From contig CAWJRR010000002.1 of assembly GCA_963845275.1 (NCBI GenBank), positions 268,901-332,900 on the forward strand: a DNA stretch of 64,000 nucleotides, read 5' to 3'. The stretch comes from Candidatus Bathyarchaeota archaeon (lineage in GTDB: Archaea; Thermoproteota; Bathyarchaeia; 40CM-2-53-6). Numbering within the stretch: position 1 is the stretch's first letter; the number at the start of each line of letters is the position of its first letter. The notes below the pieces were generated by a model. The model did no database searches. It had not been told where the DNA came from and saw only the letters and a program-made list of their open reading frames with translations. Both the position numbers and the translations under genes were made by a program. Shown here one piece after another: positions 37,104 through 46,842 of this stretch.

Positions 37104-37134
37104 TCTAACTGAATCAACGAGGGTTAGACAGGTC

Positions 37135-37923
37135 TTAGTTGTTTTCCCAAAGTGATCTGAAATACTCTCTTGACCTAACCGCATCCTTATACGACGTGAA
37201 TACTTCAAAAGTAATCGTCCTGTTGTAACCAATTGCCTTGAGCCATCTAACTACTTTCTTGAAGTCTATGAAGCCGGAGCCCAGCGGCAGGTGTTCGTCG
37301 AGGTCTCCATGGTTATCATGGATGTGAATATGATTTAGTCTTGGGGAAAATCGTTTCAGGTATGCCTCGATTCTGTTCATACCGCCCTCAATGAATGCGT
37401 GCGCAATATCCAGATGACAATTTAGTTGTGGTACACTCTCCATGACGTGCGAATAATTCCCTATGCCTCCTGTTCCGTAGTCTCCGACAGGAACGTTTTC
37501 TAACATCAACACAATTCGCTTCGACCTTCCAAACGTGCAAAGTTGACTCATTGCACTCGAAAAATTGTCGAGGAAATCGTCTCGTGACTCCTTGGTATCC
37601 CCGACTCGGCCGAGTTTTCCGTAGAAGTGAAAATTAAGCAGCTCAAGCCTGAGCTGTGATGCAGTCTGGATCATGGCTTTTGCTTCTTCAATCCAACCTC
37701 TCCGCGCTTTTACGTGGGCTGAACCAAACTGCACCCAATATGCTGTATGGCCGATGGCAAACATGTCATTTGCCGACAATAATTCCAAGATTCGTTTTCG
37801 TTGGCGCAACAAGATCGACGGTGTAGCTGATGGTTCTTCAATTCCTATTTCCGCATAATCAAAACCTAACTTCTTGAATCGGATGATCTCCTCGGGAACT
37901 GATTGAATTGGATCCGTTAACAT
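37135..37923 (-). CDS. Sugar phosphate isomerase/epimerase (xylose isomerase-like TIM barrel)
   Basis: HIHIHDNHGDLDEHLPLGSGFIDF and LENV motifs. The likely start is the ATG at 37923 (MLTDPIQSVPEEIIRFKKLGFDYAEI). The track ORF extends to 38055. Confidence 0.8.
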   Translation of the reverse strand: MLTDPIQSVPEEIIRFKKLGFDYAEIGIEEPSATPSILLRQRKRILELLSANDMFAIGHTAYWVQFGSAHVKARRGWIEEAKAMIQTASQLRLELLNFHFYGKLGRVGDTKESRDDFLDNFSSAMSQLCTFGRSKRIVLMLENVPVGDYGTGGIGNYSHVMESVPQLNCHLDIAHAFIEGGMNRIEAYLKRFSPRLNHIHIHDNHGDLDEHLPLGSGFIDFKKVVRWLKAIGYNRTITFEVFTSYKDAVRSREYFRSLWENN

Positions 37924-38133
37924 TCCGAATTTTGGTACCTGTTTCTCTTTCAATCTCGGTTGGCTAACGTGGAATTTCACAAGGCAACACGGCAGATCTG
38001 AACATATCCGCCTAGGACTTATCAACACTAGAGGGAAGGAGCGGTTTATCCCCACAAAAACAAGCTGCGAAGCTTCATAGGTACAACATTGAGTAGGCAG
38101 AAAGTCAATTAACTTAGAAATGCGTAGAATTCC

Positions 38134-38202
38134 GCACCCAAGTTGGCACGATATTTCGTCAGGTCAAATTTGGCTAAGTTTAACTACGTATGGGGCACCC
38201 AA
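38134..38202. promoter_or_regulatory. Two GCACCCAA boxes upstream of the PadR gene (reverse complement of the TTGGGTG core repeated downstream)
   Basis: GCACCCAA occurs at 38134..38141 and 38195..38202. The second extends to GGCACCCAATA, which is the reverse complement of TATTGGGTGCC. Confidence 0.35.
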
Positions 38203-38250
38203 TAGATTACGAGAACGTTGCGCGATGAAAGTGAGCATCTATGCTGCGAC

Positions 38251-38541
38251 ATGCGGGGGATGCTCTCATTTATGTTACTCTGGTTACTGTGCAAGCGACC
38301 GATGTATGGCCAGGAATTGGCTGAAGAAATAGCGAAGCGAAGAGGCGAAAAGCCCAATCCAGGAACCATTTATCCAGCGCTAAAGGATCTGCACAAACGT
38401 GGTCTAGTCCAGATGCGAAGTGAAGGGCGCAAGACCGTCTATGAGTTAACGAGCCAAGGGCAGACTGGAGTTGTAGAAGCTTCAGTATACTTCTGCCGGG
38501 TGTTTGGTGAAGTCTTCCGCTCACCCATGCAACAAGATTAA
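38251..38541 (+). CDS. PadR-family transcriptional regulator
   Basis: MRGMLSFMLLWLLCKRPMYGQELAEEIAKRRGEKPNPGTIYPALKDLHKRGLV is the canonical PadR wHTH. The track ORF starts further upstream at 38218. Confidence 0.85.
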   Translation: MRGMLSFMLLWLLCKRPMYGQELAEEIAKRRGEKPNPGTIYPALKDLHKRGLVQMRSEGRKTVYELTSQGQTGVVEASVYFCRVFGEVFRSPMQQD

Positions 38542-38543
38542 TT

Positions 38544-38594
38544 ATTATTGGGTGTCCGATATATTTATTAGCTGTTCATGATTATTGGGTGTCC
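38544..38594 (+). promoter_or_regulatory. Perfect 14-bp direct repeat ATTATTGGGTGTCC (x2) flanking an AT-rich TATA-like stretch
   Basis: Copies are at 38544..38557 and 38581..38594, with GATATATTTATTA between them. They lie between the PadR stop (38541) and the next regulator gene. Confidence 0.5.
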
Positions 38595-39203
38595 AAGTTT
38601 AAGATCGGTGAAAACATGAGTGAAGATGACGAGCTGGATCTAAGGCGTGGTGATTGGCAGGTACTTGACGCGTTCCACGATGCGGAGTCGAATCTTGCGT
38701 TTCAAGGTCTCAAGCGCCGATTGGGTATGCATCAAGAGACCCTCTCCCGTGCTCTCCAGCGTTTAGAGGATGACAATTTGGTTGAACGTACCGAGGATGG
38801 TTACCGGCTTACCCAACATGGCTCAGAAGTCATCCATTTGCCGGCACGAGGACGGTCTACGAAGTCGACTAGTCTCCTTGAGACATATCTTCCATCAGAT
38901 GTACCCGTAACTGATGTGATCTCGAGACTGAAGTATTCTTGGTTTAGCACACTTCGCTGGCTCGGCTACTCAGACAGTCAGAACGAAGCATTGCTTACTT
39001 GGGTTACCGACGACGGGAACACCCAAGTGCGAGCGCGGTTCAGAAACGATCATCTATCGATTGAAATTGACTCTGAAAATGGCGAAAACTCCAATGTAGC
39101 AATCAAATCGGCGCATGAATTAGCTGCTCGGATAATTCGCGAGTATCAACACGTGCAGAATACTCGAACAGCACAAGCGATACGCGGAGTGCAAATCTCT
39201 TAA
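38589..39203 (+). CDS. wHTH transcriptional regulator with a C-terminal uncharacterised domain
   Basis: FQGLKRRLGMHQETLSRALQRLEDDNLVERTEDGYRLTQHG. The start is probably the ATG at 38616 (MSEDDELD). Confidence 0.6.
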   Translation: MSKFKIGENMSEDDELDLRRGDWQVLDAFHDAESNLAFQGLKRRLGMHQETLSRALQRLEDDNLVERTEDGYRLTQHGSEVIHLPARGRSTKSTSLLETYLPSDVPVTDVISRLKYSWFSTLRWLGYSDSQNEALLTWVTDDGNTQVRARFRNDHLSIEIDSENGENSNVAIKSAHELAARIIREYQHVQNTRTAQAIRGVQIS

Positions 39204-39354
39204 TCTATGAGCATTAATGGTTCCGCACTGACGTGCTGATTCAAAATTCTAGCAAACATTGAGTAAACTCGACCGGATTTCAATAGAGCTCGCAAACCGC
39301 ACCGTGCCATATCCATAAGTAGCAAGAGAACGGCATTCGACCTCGGTTGTCCGG

Positions 39355-41151
39355 TTACTCGATGATCGGACTAACGAACTTGAAATTGACCGTGTCCAGT
39401 AGACCTTTGTCTGTAATTCGCAATTTTGGAATAACCGAGAGTGTTGTTAGGGCCAGATTCATGTATGGGGAAGGGAGCGTGCAGCCTAGCGTTACCCAAG
39501 CTTCCTTTAGTCGTTCCACTGCCTGAGCCACTACCTCGACAGGTCGGTCGGACATGAGCCCTGCTATTGGTAACGGAACATGAGCGAGTATTCTTCCTTT
39601 GCGTACGGCTACCATCCCGCCTCCGCTATCAACAAGTTTGTTGACAGCGGTTATCATATCTTCATCAGATGCGCCCGCGACGACGAGATTATGACCATCA
39701 TGAGCCACAGTTGAAGCAACTGCGCCTTCTCTTAATCCAAAACCTTTCACAAATCCAACCGACTTATTGCCTGTACCCTTGTGCCTTTCGAAGACCGCAA
39801 TCTTCAGTACGTCTTCATCTACGTTCGAGTATACTCGACCGTCTTTCGATCGGGCTTCTGCTTCCGCAGAATCTGTGTAAGCGCTGGCTGGGATTATACC
39901 TATAGCCCTGACTCTCACGGTTCGTTGGGCTGTCTTGGATTTTACGGTTAAGTCGTCTAGGGTAGGAGATGCCTTGAGCATTATTGATTTGCGAGTGAAG
40001 TCAGGAAGCTTCGGAGGAGCGATGTTTGCTGTCAGTTTTCCATCCTGTGAAACCACTTGTCCATTAGCAATCACTGTTCTAATATTCACGGTGGACAGCC
40101 TGTCCAGAATTAGCATGTCAGCAAGTCTGCTGGGTGCTATGCTTCCTAGGTTTCTCGAGCACTCATAGTGTTCTGCTACGTTTATCGTAGCCATCTGGAT
40201 CGCTTTAATCGGGTCCACACCCTCTTCGATTGCTCGCCGCACAACGTGATCAACATGTCCTTCTGTGAGTATCGAATGTGGCTCTCGGTCATCCGTGACT
40301 AGGCAGATGTGTCTCGAGTTTAGTTTTTCTTCTGTAATCACGCGGACTGTGTCAGCTATGTCACGCCAGGCCGAGCTTTCCCTAAGCATGACATACATTC
40401 CTAATCGGAGTTTTTGTACAGCTTCGATTTTCCTAGTAGATTCGTGGCATGAAGTTATGCCACTCGCAACATATGCGACTAGGTCTCGGTCCAGAAGATT
40501 GACTGCGTGTCCTTCTACAACGCGCCCAGCTTTCAGAGTTGCGGCGAGTTCACCGTGAACTTGAGGGTCACTTGAAATTACTCCAGGATAGTTCATCATC
40601 TCGCCAAGAGCGACTACCCCATTCCATTTCAACGCTTCTTCAACTTCTGCCGTACCGATGTTTCCACCTGTTGTTTCGAAACCGGGAGCAGCAGGAACGC
40701 AAGATGGGAAAGTGACCAGGACTTTCAACGGCAAGTTTTTCGCCTCATCTAGGAAAAATCGCACGCCTCTCAAGCCTAACACGTTGGCAATCTCATGAGG
40801 GTCAACGAAAACGGTGGTAGATCCATGAGGGAGAACGGCTCTCGCGAATTCCGTGGCAGTAACCATCGCGCTTTCAATGTGCATATGCCCATCAATGAAT
40901 CCTGGAACGAGATACCTACCACCCGCGTTGATCACTCGTGTTGTCGGACCGATAGTGTGCTCAGCTTGACCGACGAATGCGATTCGATCTTTCTTTATCG
41001 CTACATCTTGACCTTCAATAATTTCCTCTGAATTTACGTTAACCAATGATACGTTCCGGACAACAAGGTCTGCCTTCAATTTGCCCATTGCCGTATCCAC
41101 GAGTGTACGAGTCATTTCGTGAAGGCGCGTTCTACCTTCGAGCTCGAACAA
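39355..41151 (-). CDS. ade: Adenine deaminase (amidohydrolase superfamily)
   Basis: ~600 aa. LVPGFIDGHMHIESAMV metal-binding motif and the two-domain architecture typical of Ade. Confidence 0.8.
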   Translation of the reverse strand: MFELEGRTRLHEMTRTLVDTAMGKLKADLVVRNVSLVNVNSEEIIEGQDVAIKKDRIAFVGQAEHTIGPTTRVINAGGRYLVPGFIDGHMHIESAMVTATEFARAVLPHGSTTVFVDPHEIANVLGLRGVRFFLDEAKNLPLKVLVTFPSCVPAAPGFETTGGNIGTAEVEEALKWNGVVALGEMMNYPGVISSDPQVHGELAATLKAGRVVEGHAVNLLDRDLVAYVASGITSCHESTRKIEAVQKLRLGMYVMLRESSAWRDIADTVRVITEEKLNSRHICLVTDDREPHSILTEGHVDHVVRRAIEEGVDPIKAIQMATINVAEHYECSRNLGSIAPSRLADMLILDRLSTVNIRTVIANGQVVSQDGKLTANIAPPKLPDFTRKSIMLKASPTLDDLTVKSKTAQRTVRVRAIGIIPASAYTDSAEAEARSKDGRVYSNVDEDVLKIAVFERHKGTGNKSVGFVKGFGLREGAVASTVAHDGHNLVVAGASDEDMITAVNKLVDSGGGMVAVRKGRILAHVPLPIAGLMSDRPVEVVAQAVERLKEAWVTLGCTLPSPYMNLALTTLSVIPKLRITDKGLLDTVNFKFVSPIIE

Positions 41152-41537
41152 AGCAAATCCAGTAACAACTAGTGAAGGCTGGAAGATTTAAGAAGACCTT
41201 TGTTGTGGACCCGTTGTTGCGCCGCGAAACCAATGAGGCTCTGCGTCAGCCACTTTCTCTAGTATATGGTACTCCTAATGCGGACGGTGGGCGTGCTCCC
41301 CTTGCAATTGCTACTGGCACAAGTGTGAGGATGTATGACACCATCAGGAGGAAATAGTAGGGTATGGAAGAGTCCACAACTTGAAAGAACGCTTCCAAGA
41401 GAAAGCCTCCAAACAGGAATTTTCCGAAGAAGGCGTGGGCAGGTTTCCACTTAACGGAGTCAACTACACGTAACCTATTGAAAGGTACAGGATGTATTAT
41501 AAAACACGCAAGGTGCAGCTTCATGCGTGATTAGACC

Positions 41538-42929
41538 GTGAGTTCGATACTGTTGACCGGCGGGACTCTTGTTACGATGGATGCACGCAGGCGCGTAATT
41601 ACTGATGGGGGTATCCTAATTGAAGGTTCCAAAATCTCGAAGGTGGGAAAGTCATCTGAGGTGAGACGCGAGTCGAAGGCAGAATTTGAGATCGACGCGA
41701 AAGGAATGGTGATTCTGCCCGGTCTCATTGATATTCATGTGCACCTAGCGCAAGCGATGCTACGCGGATGCGCAGATGATACCTCACTGATCGATTGGCT
41801 TCAGAAATTCGTTTGGCCACTACAGGGAAATTATGATGCGCAAGATGGTAAGGCAAGCGCCGAACTCTGCATGCTCGAGATGATCAAATCCGGGACTACC
41901 GCCTTTCTGGAGAGCCTTCTTCATACTCGTTATGGGTTCGATGGGATAGCTGCCAGCCTGGAAGCCTCAGGCATGCGTGGGGTACTTTCAAAGACTGTAA
42001 TGGGCGTTCCCGGGTACGGAGCAGCAAGTGGCATTATGCATCCGGGGATGGTCGAAGATGGTGAGACCTGCTTGCGTGAAGTCGAAAGATACTTCAATCG
42101 TTGGGACGGGAAGGCAAATGGTCGAATTAGAGTCTGGTACGGAGCAAGATCTTTGGGGGGATGTACACCCCAACTCTACCGACAGATAGCTACGGGAGCT
42201 AAAACCTTGAAGACGGGAGTGACAATGCACCTGAATGAAGTTCGCGAGGACGCCGATTATACTAAAAGAGAATTCGGCAAGTTGCCAGCCGAATTCATGG
42301 ACGACGTTGGCCTCGTAGGGCCAAACGTAGTTTATGCTCATGGAGTTTGGCTCACTGAACCAGAGTGGAAGATCCTTGCGAAGAAAGGAGCAACCGTCGC
42401 TCACTGTCCGTCCTCAAACATGAAATTGGCTTCTGGAATAGCGAAAATCCCCGAGATGATCAGAAGTGGTGTTAACGTAGGGTTGGGGTGTGATGGAGGC
42501 CCCAGCAATAATTCGTACGACATGATTCGAGAGATGAAATTCGCGTCACTATTACAGAAAGCAAGATTACTCAACCCGCTTGTTATGGACGCCGAGACAG
42601 TTCTCGAACTAGTAACAATCAACGGAGCAAGAGCACTGGGACTGGATAGAGAAATTGGTTCCTTAGAAGTCAGCAAAAGAGCTGATCTAGTGCTCGTATC
42701 GTTTCGAAATCCGCATCTGGTCCCAGCATACAATCCAATCTCCCATTTGGTTTACGCAGCGACAGGATCAGACGTTGACACTGTAATTATTGATGGACGC
42801 ATTATCATGAAGAATCGTAGAGTTCTGACTCTCGACGAAGAGAAAGTTATTCGAGAGGCTGATGAGCGAGGAGCAAGGCTCTTGGAGCGAGCTGGAATCA
42901 GAATTGAACCAAAATGGGGATACATTTGA
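41538..42929 (+). CDS. Amidohydrolase of the MtaD/SsnA/guanine-deaminase-like (chlorohydrolase) group; nucleobase or nucleoside deaminase
   Basis: LPGLIDIHVHLAQAMLRGCADD...LIDWL...WP, a later HLNE, and GLGCDGGPSNNSYDM. The substrate cannot be assigned from the sequence alone. Confidence 0.75.
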   Translation: MSSILLTGGTLVTMDARRRVITDGGILIEGSKISKVGKSSEVRRESKAEFEIDAKGMVILPGLIDIHVHLAQAMLRGCADDTSLIDWLQKFVWPLQGNYDAQDGKASAELCMLEMIKSGTTAFLESLLHTRYGFDGIAASLEASGMRGVLSKTVMGVPGYGAASGIMHPGMVEDGETCLREVERYFNRWDGKANGRIRVWYGARSLGGCTPQLYRQIATGAKTLKTGVTMHLNEVREDADYTKREFGKLPAEFMDDVGLVGPNVVYAHGVWLTEPEWKILAKKGATVAHCPSSNMKLASGIAKIPEMIRSGVNVGLGCDGGPSNNSYDMIREMKFASLLQKARLLNPLVMDAETVLELVTINGARALGLDREIGSLEVSKRADLVLVSFRNPHLVPAYNPISHLVYAATGSDVDTVIIDGRIIMKNRRVLTLDEEKVIREADERGARLLERAGIRIEPKWGYI

Positions 42930-43020
42930 TCTTTAGATCAAGAGATTCCGTGAAAATGTCTTTCTTCACTCACCACGACTGCTGCTATTGCTATGTTGTA
43001 TTGGATCTTGACGATTGAAG

Positions 43021-44049
43021 TCAAGAACGCTTCTTTCTCCCCATAGTCAGTGAGAGTACAGCCATTTTCGTATACATTCCATTCTCCGCTTGAGGGTAGA
43101 TAACGGAGTGTGGTCCATCCAGTACTTCATCTGTCGCCTCTTCACCTCGTAGAACTGGCAGCACGTGAGTTATTATCGCTCGTCTATTCATCTTATCAAG
43201 CAAATCTTGCGTGAGAGTCCAGTTCCGGTATTCTTCATGGATCGCCAACTCTCGGTCCTTGCCGAATCTGCTTGCTCCTATTGAAAGAAGCTCATTGGTT
43301 GCCCAGTTTCTTGGAAACACTGCATTGGCTCCCTCTAGCGCGGATCCAAGATCGTTCGTCACGGTGAATTCTGCTCCCTGGGCTCTAGCGTTCGATCTTG
43401 ATGCATCAATTATCTTAGGATCTATTTCGAATCCAGGGGGATGAGCCAAAACCACGTCCATTCCGAAGCGTGACATTATCAATGCCTCTTCATGAATACT
43501 GCAACGACCGCGGAAACTCTTCGCGTACCCCCACATAATCACGTATTTCTTACTTTTCACCTTGCCAAGTGCTTCTTCGGTCGTCATCAAATCAGCAAGT
43601 CCTTGTGTGGGATGATACGTGCAACATGCCATGTTGATTACTGGAATCGCAGCATATTTTGCATACTCTCGAACGGTGGATACTCCAACTCCTGAAACGT
43701 AGTCGATTGCGGAGTCAAGAATTCGCACACCCAAACCATGCCCATACTTCTCGTACATCTTAGCCACATCTTTGGCAGCTTCCCCGGAGCCAAGACGCGT
43801 GGTAGATACATCGATATATTGACCGTGTCCACCAAGATACGTCATTCCTGCTTCGAATGCTGCGCGCGTTCTCGTAGATGGTGCATAGAATAACATGAAG
43901 AATGTCTTACGGTTAAGTACTGGTGAGACCTTGCCACGATGATACTGCCGCTTCATCTCCTTAGCAGTCTTTAAAGTTGTTACGAGCTCATCAATCGACC
44001 AATCTTGGGTCGTTATTAGATCGCGTCCCGCCAAATCTACTTTAACCAA
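43021..44049 (-). CDS. Carbamoyltransferase of the AOTCase/SOTCase/YgeW-like group (not a canonical OTC)
   Basis: STRTR, HPTQ and [15 protein letters not shown] motifs are present. The OTC ornithine loop DxWxSMG is replaced by FPRNWATNE. Confidence 0.75.
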   Translation of the reverse strand: MVKVDLAGRDLITTQDWSIDELVTTLKTAKEMKRQYHRGKVSPVLNRKTFFMLFYAPSTRTRAAFEAGMTYLGGHGQYIDVSTTRLGSGEAAKDVAKMYEKYGHGLGVRILDSAIDYVSGVGVSTVREYAKYAAIPVINMACCTYHPTQGLADLMTTEEALGKVKSKKYVIMWGYAKSFRGRCSIHEEALIMSRFGMDVVLAHPPGFEIDPKIIDASRSNARAQGAEFTVTNDLGSALEGANAVFPRNWATNELLSIGASRFGKDRELAIHEEYRNWTLTQDLLDKMNRRAIITHVLPVLRGEEATDEVLDGPHSVIYPQAENGMYTKMAVLSLTMGRKKRS

Positions 44050-44174
44050 CTCACCTGATCTCCGTCGTTCACAACCATGACCGACGAGAAATTCTGCTAA
44101 ATAACCTTACTGAATTTGAGAGAACGAGTAAGCTCTTAAGAACAGAGAGAATAGCGAGTATATTCCTCCTCAGA

Positions 44175-45137
44175 GTGATGATATTGCCTGAAACACTCAT
44201 CGTTATTGCACTTGGTGGCAACGCACTTCTGCAACGCGGACAGAAGGGAACCGTTGAGGAACAATATGAAAACGTGAAGAAGACCGTTCCGAAAATTGCT
44301 GACCTGATTCAGAGAGGTTACAAGGTAGTTCTAACGCATGGAAATGGACCACAGGTAGGTGCCACCCTCCTCAGGCACGAAGCTGCTAAAGCAATCGTTC
44401 CGCCATTTCCTCTAGATGCATGTGGAGCAGAGACGCAAGGCTTCATTGGCTATATCATACAGCAGGCACTAAGGAATGAGCTTAAGACGCGAGGAATCGA
44501 CAAGTTCGTCGTAACCGTAGTCACTCGTGTGATTGTAGATAAACACGATTTGGCTTTTCAGAATCCGACAAAGCCGATCGGCCCATTTTATTCAAAGGAT
44601 GAAGCGGCGAAATTGAAGGAGCAGAAACCAGATCTAGTTGTTAAGGAAGATGCCGGTAGAGGCTACAGACGCGTCGTACCGTCTCCGGATCCAAAGATAA
44701 TCGCCGAGCGGACAGCAATACGGGCCCTCGTTGATGCCGGATTCGTTGTTGTCGCTTGCGGAGGCGGAGGAATACCGATCATCGAAGAAGGAACCCAGAC
44801 AGTTGGCGTTGAAGCAGTAATTGACAAGGACCTCGCAGCTCAACGCCTGGGCACTTTAATCGGAGCACACGTCTTGATCATACTTACCGACGTGGACGCG
44901 GCGTTCCTAAATTACGGAAGCACAAAACAGGAAAGAATCAGAGAAATCACTTCTGGAAAATTAAGAAACTATCTGAAAGAAGGACAGTTCAAGGAGGGCA
45001 GTATGGCACCCAAGGTTGAGGCTGCCATTCGATTCGTGGAGAGCGGTGGAGAACGTGCAGTAATCGCAGATCTAGTAAGTTTAGTTGAAGCTCTCGAAGG
45101 AAGATCAGGAACACAGGTCACAGTGCCAAAAGCTTAA
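44175..45137 (+). CDS. arcC: Carbamate kinase
   Basis: [18 protein letters not shown] and ACGGGGIP motifs. ~318 aa. Confidence 0.9.
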   Translation: MMILPETLIVIALGGNALLQRGQKGTVEEQYENVKKTVPKIADLIQRGYKVVLTHGNGPQVGATLLRHEAAKAIVPPFPLDACGAETQGFIGYIIQQALRNELKTRGIDKFVVTVVTRVIVDKHDLAFQNPTKPIGPFYSKDEAAKLKEQKPDLVVKEDAGRGYRRVVPSPDPKIIAERTAIRALVDAGFVVVACGGGGIPIIEEGTQTVGVEAVIDKDLAAQRLGTLIGAHVLIILTDVDAAFLNYGSTKQERIREITSGKLRNYLKEGQFKEGSMAPKVEAAIRFVESGGERAVIADLVSLVEALEGRSGTQVTVPKA

Positions 45138-45177
45138 TTCCAATCGAAACCATCTCACGCAAGGTTGGTAATCGTAA

Positions 45178-46248
45178 ATGCCATCATTTGTTGGTGTTTG
45201 GAAAGGTAAAGATTTCCTTGACACGAACGATTTCTCTCAGGAAGAGATGAAGAAGGTTCTAGATGCAGCTGACTGGCTGAGGAAAGCTTTCAGATCACGC
45301 AAGAAACATCATTATCTTTCCGGTCAAACACTGTTCATGCTGTTTTACAATCGCTCTCTTAGAACTAGAAACTCTTTCGAGGGAGGAATGTACCAGTTAG
45401 GTGGACACGCACATTTTCTTAGTCCCCAAGATGTCTATACTCCCGCTCTTCCAGAAGACATGGTGGCCTATCAGACTGAAGCGATTTCAGACGTGGCTAG
45501 AGTTCTGAGCCGATACGGTGACGGAATAGCTATCAGAATCTATGGCGATGCCGCGAAATGGATTATTGGGCGAGGTCACAAGGTGGTTCAGGAGTTCGCA
45601 AAACACGCATCTATTCCCGTGCTGAATATGGAAGACGACATGTATCATCCATTCCAAGCATTGGCCGATGCTCAGGCTATGAGGAGTGCTATTCCTAAGC
45701 TCGCCGGGAAGAAACTTGTTGTCTCGTACGCTTACTCTGGCGGGCTGAAACCGTTAGCCGTACCACAGAGCGAAGTACTCATTGGAACTCAGATGGGAAT
45801 GGAAGTTGTGCTAGCTCACCCACCGGGATTCGAATTAGAGGACGTAGTATTGAAGGCTGCCAAAGCGAACGCGGACAGGTATGGTGGAGGTTTCAAAGTC
45901 GTAAACGACATGAAAGAAGCTTTCGAGGGAGCGGACGTAGTATATCCTAAAGCATGGTCGCCAAAGGATTTCCTTCCGCCTCATAGAGCAGAATTAGACA
46001 AACAGGGCGCGTTCTCATACCAGGACAAGTACAAAGACTGGATATGCACTCAAGAAATGATGGATCTTACACACAAAGGAAAATACATGCACTGCGGACC
46101 CGCAGACAGGGGTCAAGAAGTTACGGACGACGTAATTGATAACATGAACTACTCACTGTACTTCGAGGAAGCCGAAGATCGTCTGCACGTACAGAAGGCT
46201 GTCATGGCGATGGTGATGGGAGGCCGTCCCTCTCGTCGCCGGAAATGA
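45178..46248 (+). CDS. Carbamoyltransferase, YgeW-like (second, divergent paralog)
   Basis: SLRTRNSF replaces STRTR. YHPFQALAD, VVYPKAWSP and MHCGPADRGQEVTDDV are present. There is no SMG ornithine loop. Confidence 0.75.
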   Translation: MPSFVGVWKGKDFLDTNDFSQEEMKKVLDAADWLRKAFRSRKKHHYLSGQTLFMLFYNRSLRTRNSFEGGMYQLGGHAHFLSPQDVYTPALPEDMVAYQTEAISDVARVLSRYGDGIAIRIYGDAAKWIIGRGHKVVQEFAKHASIPVLNMEDDMYHPFQALADAQAMRSAIPKLAGKKLVVSYAYSGGLKPLAVPQSEVLIGTQMGMEVVLAHPPGFELEDVVLKAAKANADRYGGGFKVVNDMKEAFEGADVVYPKAWSPKDFLPPHRAELDKQGAFSYQDKYKDWICTQEMMDLTHKGKYMHCGPADRGQEVTDDVIDNMNYSLYFEEAEDRLHVQKAVMAMVMGGRPSRRRK

Positions 46249-46763
46249 AAACGAGTCAAACCGCGAAAAAAGACAACCCTCAGATTGTTCTAGCGAACTG
46301 GGGGAGGCGTACTATCGCCTGGTTTGTAGACTACATCATAATCATTCTAATGTTAGGCTACTTCCAGCTTGAAACAGTAGAGACCAGAATATTTCCCGCA
46401 GCTTTGATACCAAATGCTCCAGGGACCGATATTTCCATCTGGTCGCCGTTATCGATTCTAATCTTCCTTCTCTACTTCACATTTTCAGAATGGTATTTTG
46501 GAAGATCGATCGGGCAATTACTGTTGAACGTTCGAATCGTGGACATTCAAGGAACAGCTGTCAGCCTACGTGCATCGGCAATTCAAAGCATCGGTAAATC
46601 GAACCCGCTGTTGCTGCTGTTCGACTGCCTAATTGGTCAAGTTTACCGGCCAAGTCGCGAACGACGACAAAGATTGTTCAACAGAATCTCTAATACAATT
46701 GTCATATTCATCGGAGAATCAACCAGAACGATTCAACAGCATGACTACGCGAAGGAACCATAA
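46245..46763 (+). CDS. RDD-family membrane protein
   Basis: WGRRTIAWFVDYIIIILMLGYF plus two further TM segments. There is an ATGA overlap with the upstream carbamoyltransferase. Confidence 0.65.
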   Translation: MKTSQTAKKDNPQIVLANWGRRTIAWFVDYIIIILMLGYFQLETVETRIFPAALIPNAPGTDISIWSPLSILIFLLYFTFSEWYFGRSIGQLLLNVRIVDIQGTAVSLRASAIQSIGKSNPLLLLFDCLIGQVYRPSRERRQRLFNRISNTIVIFIGESTRTIQQHDYAKEP

Positions 46764-46842
46764 GTCGACGCGAGAGTTTCAATTCAAAATCACAAGGGTT
46801 TTCCTTATACCAATAATCAACGAGTAGCTATGAAGAAACAGC

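Noticed and set aside
43021-46248. Arginine deiminase pathway (catabolic OTC plus carbamate kinase)
   Set aside because: Both carbamoyltransferases lack the DxWxSMG ornithine-binding loop. No arginine deiminase gene is present in the window.
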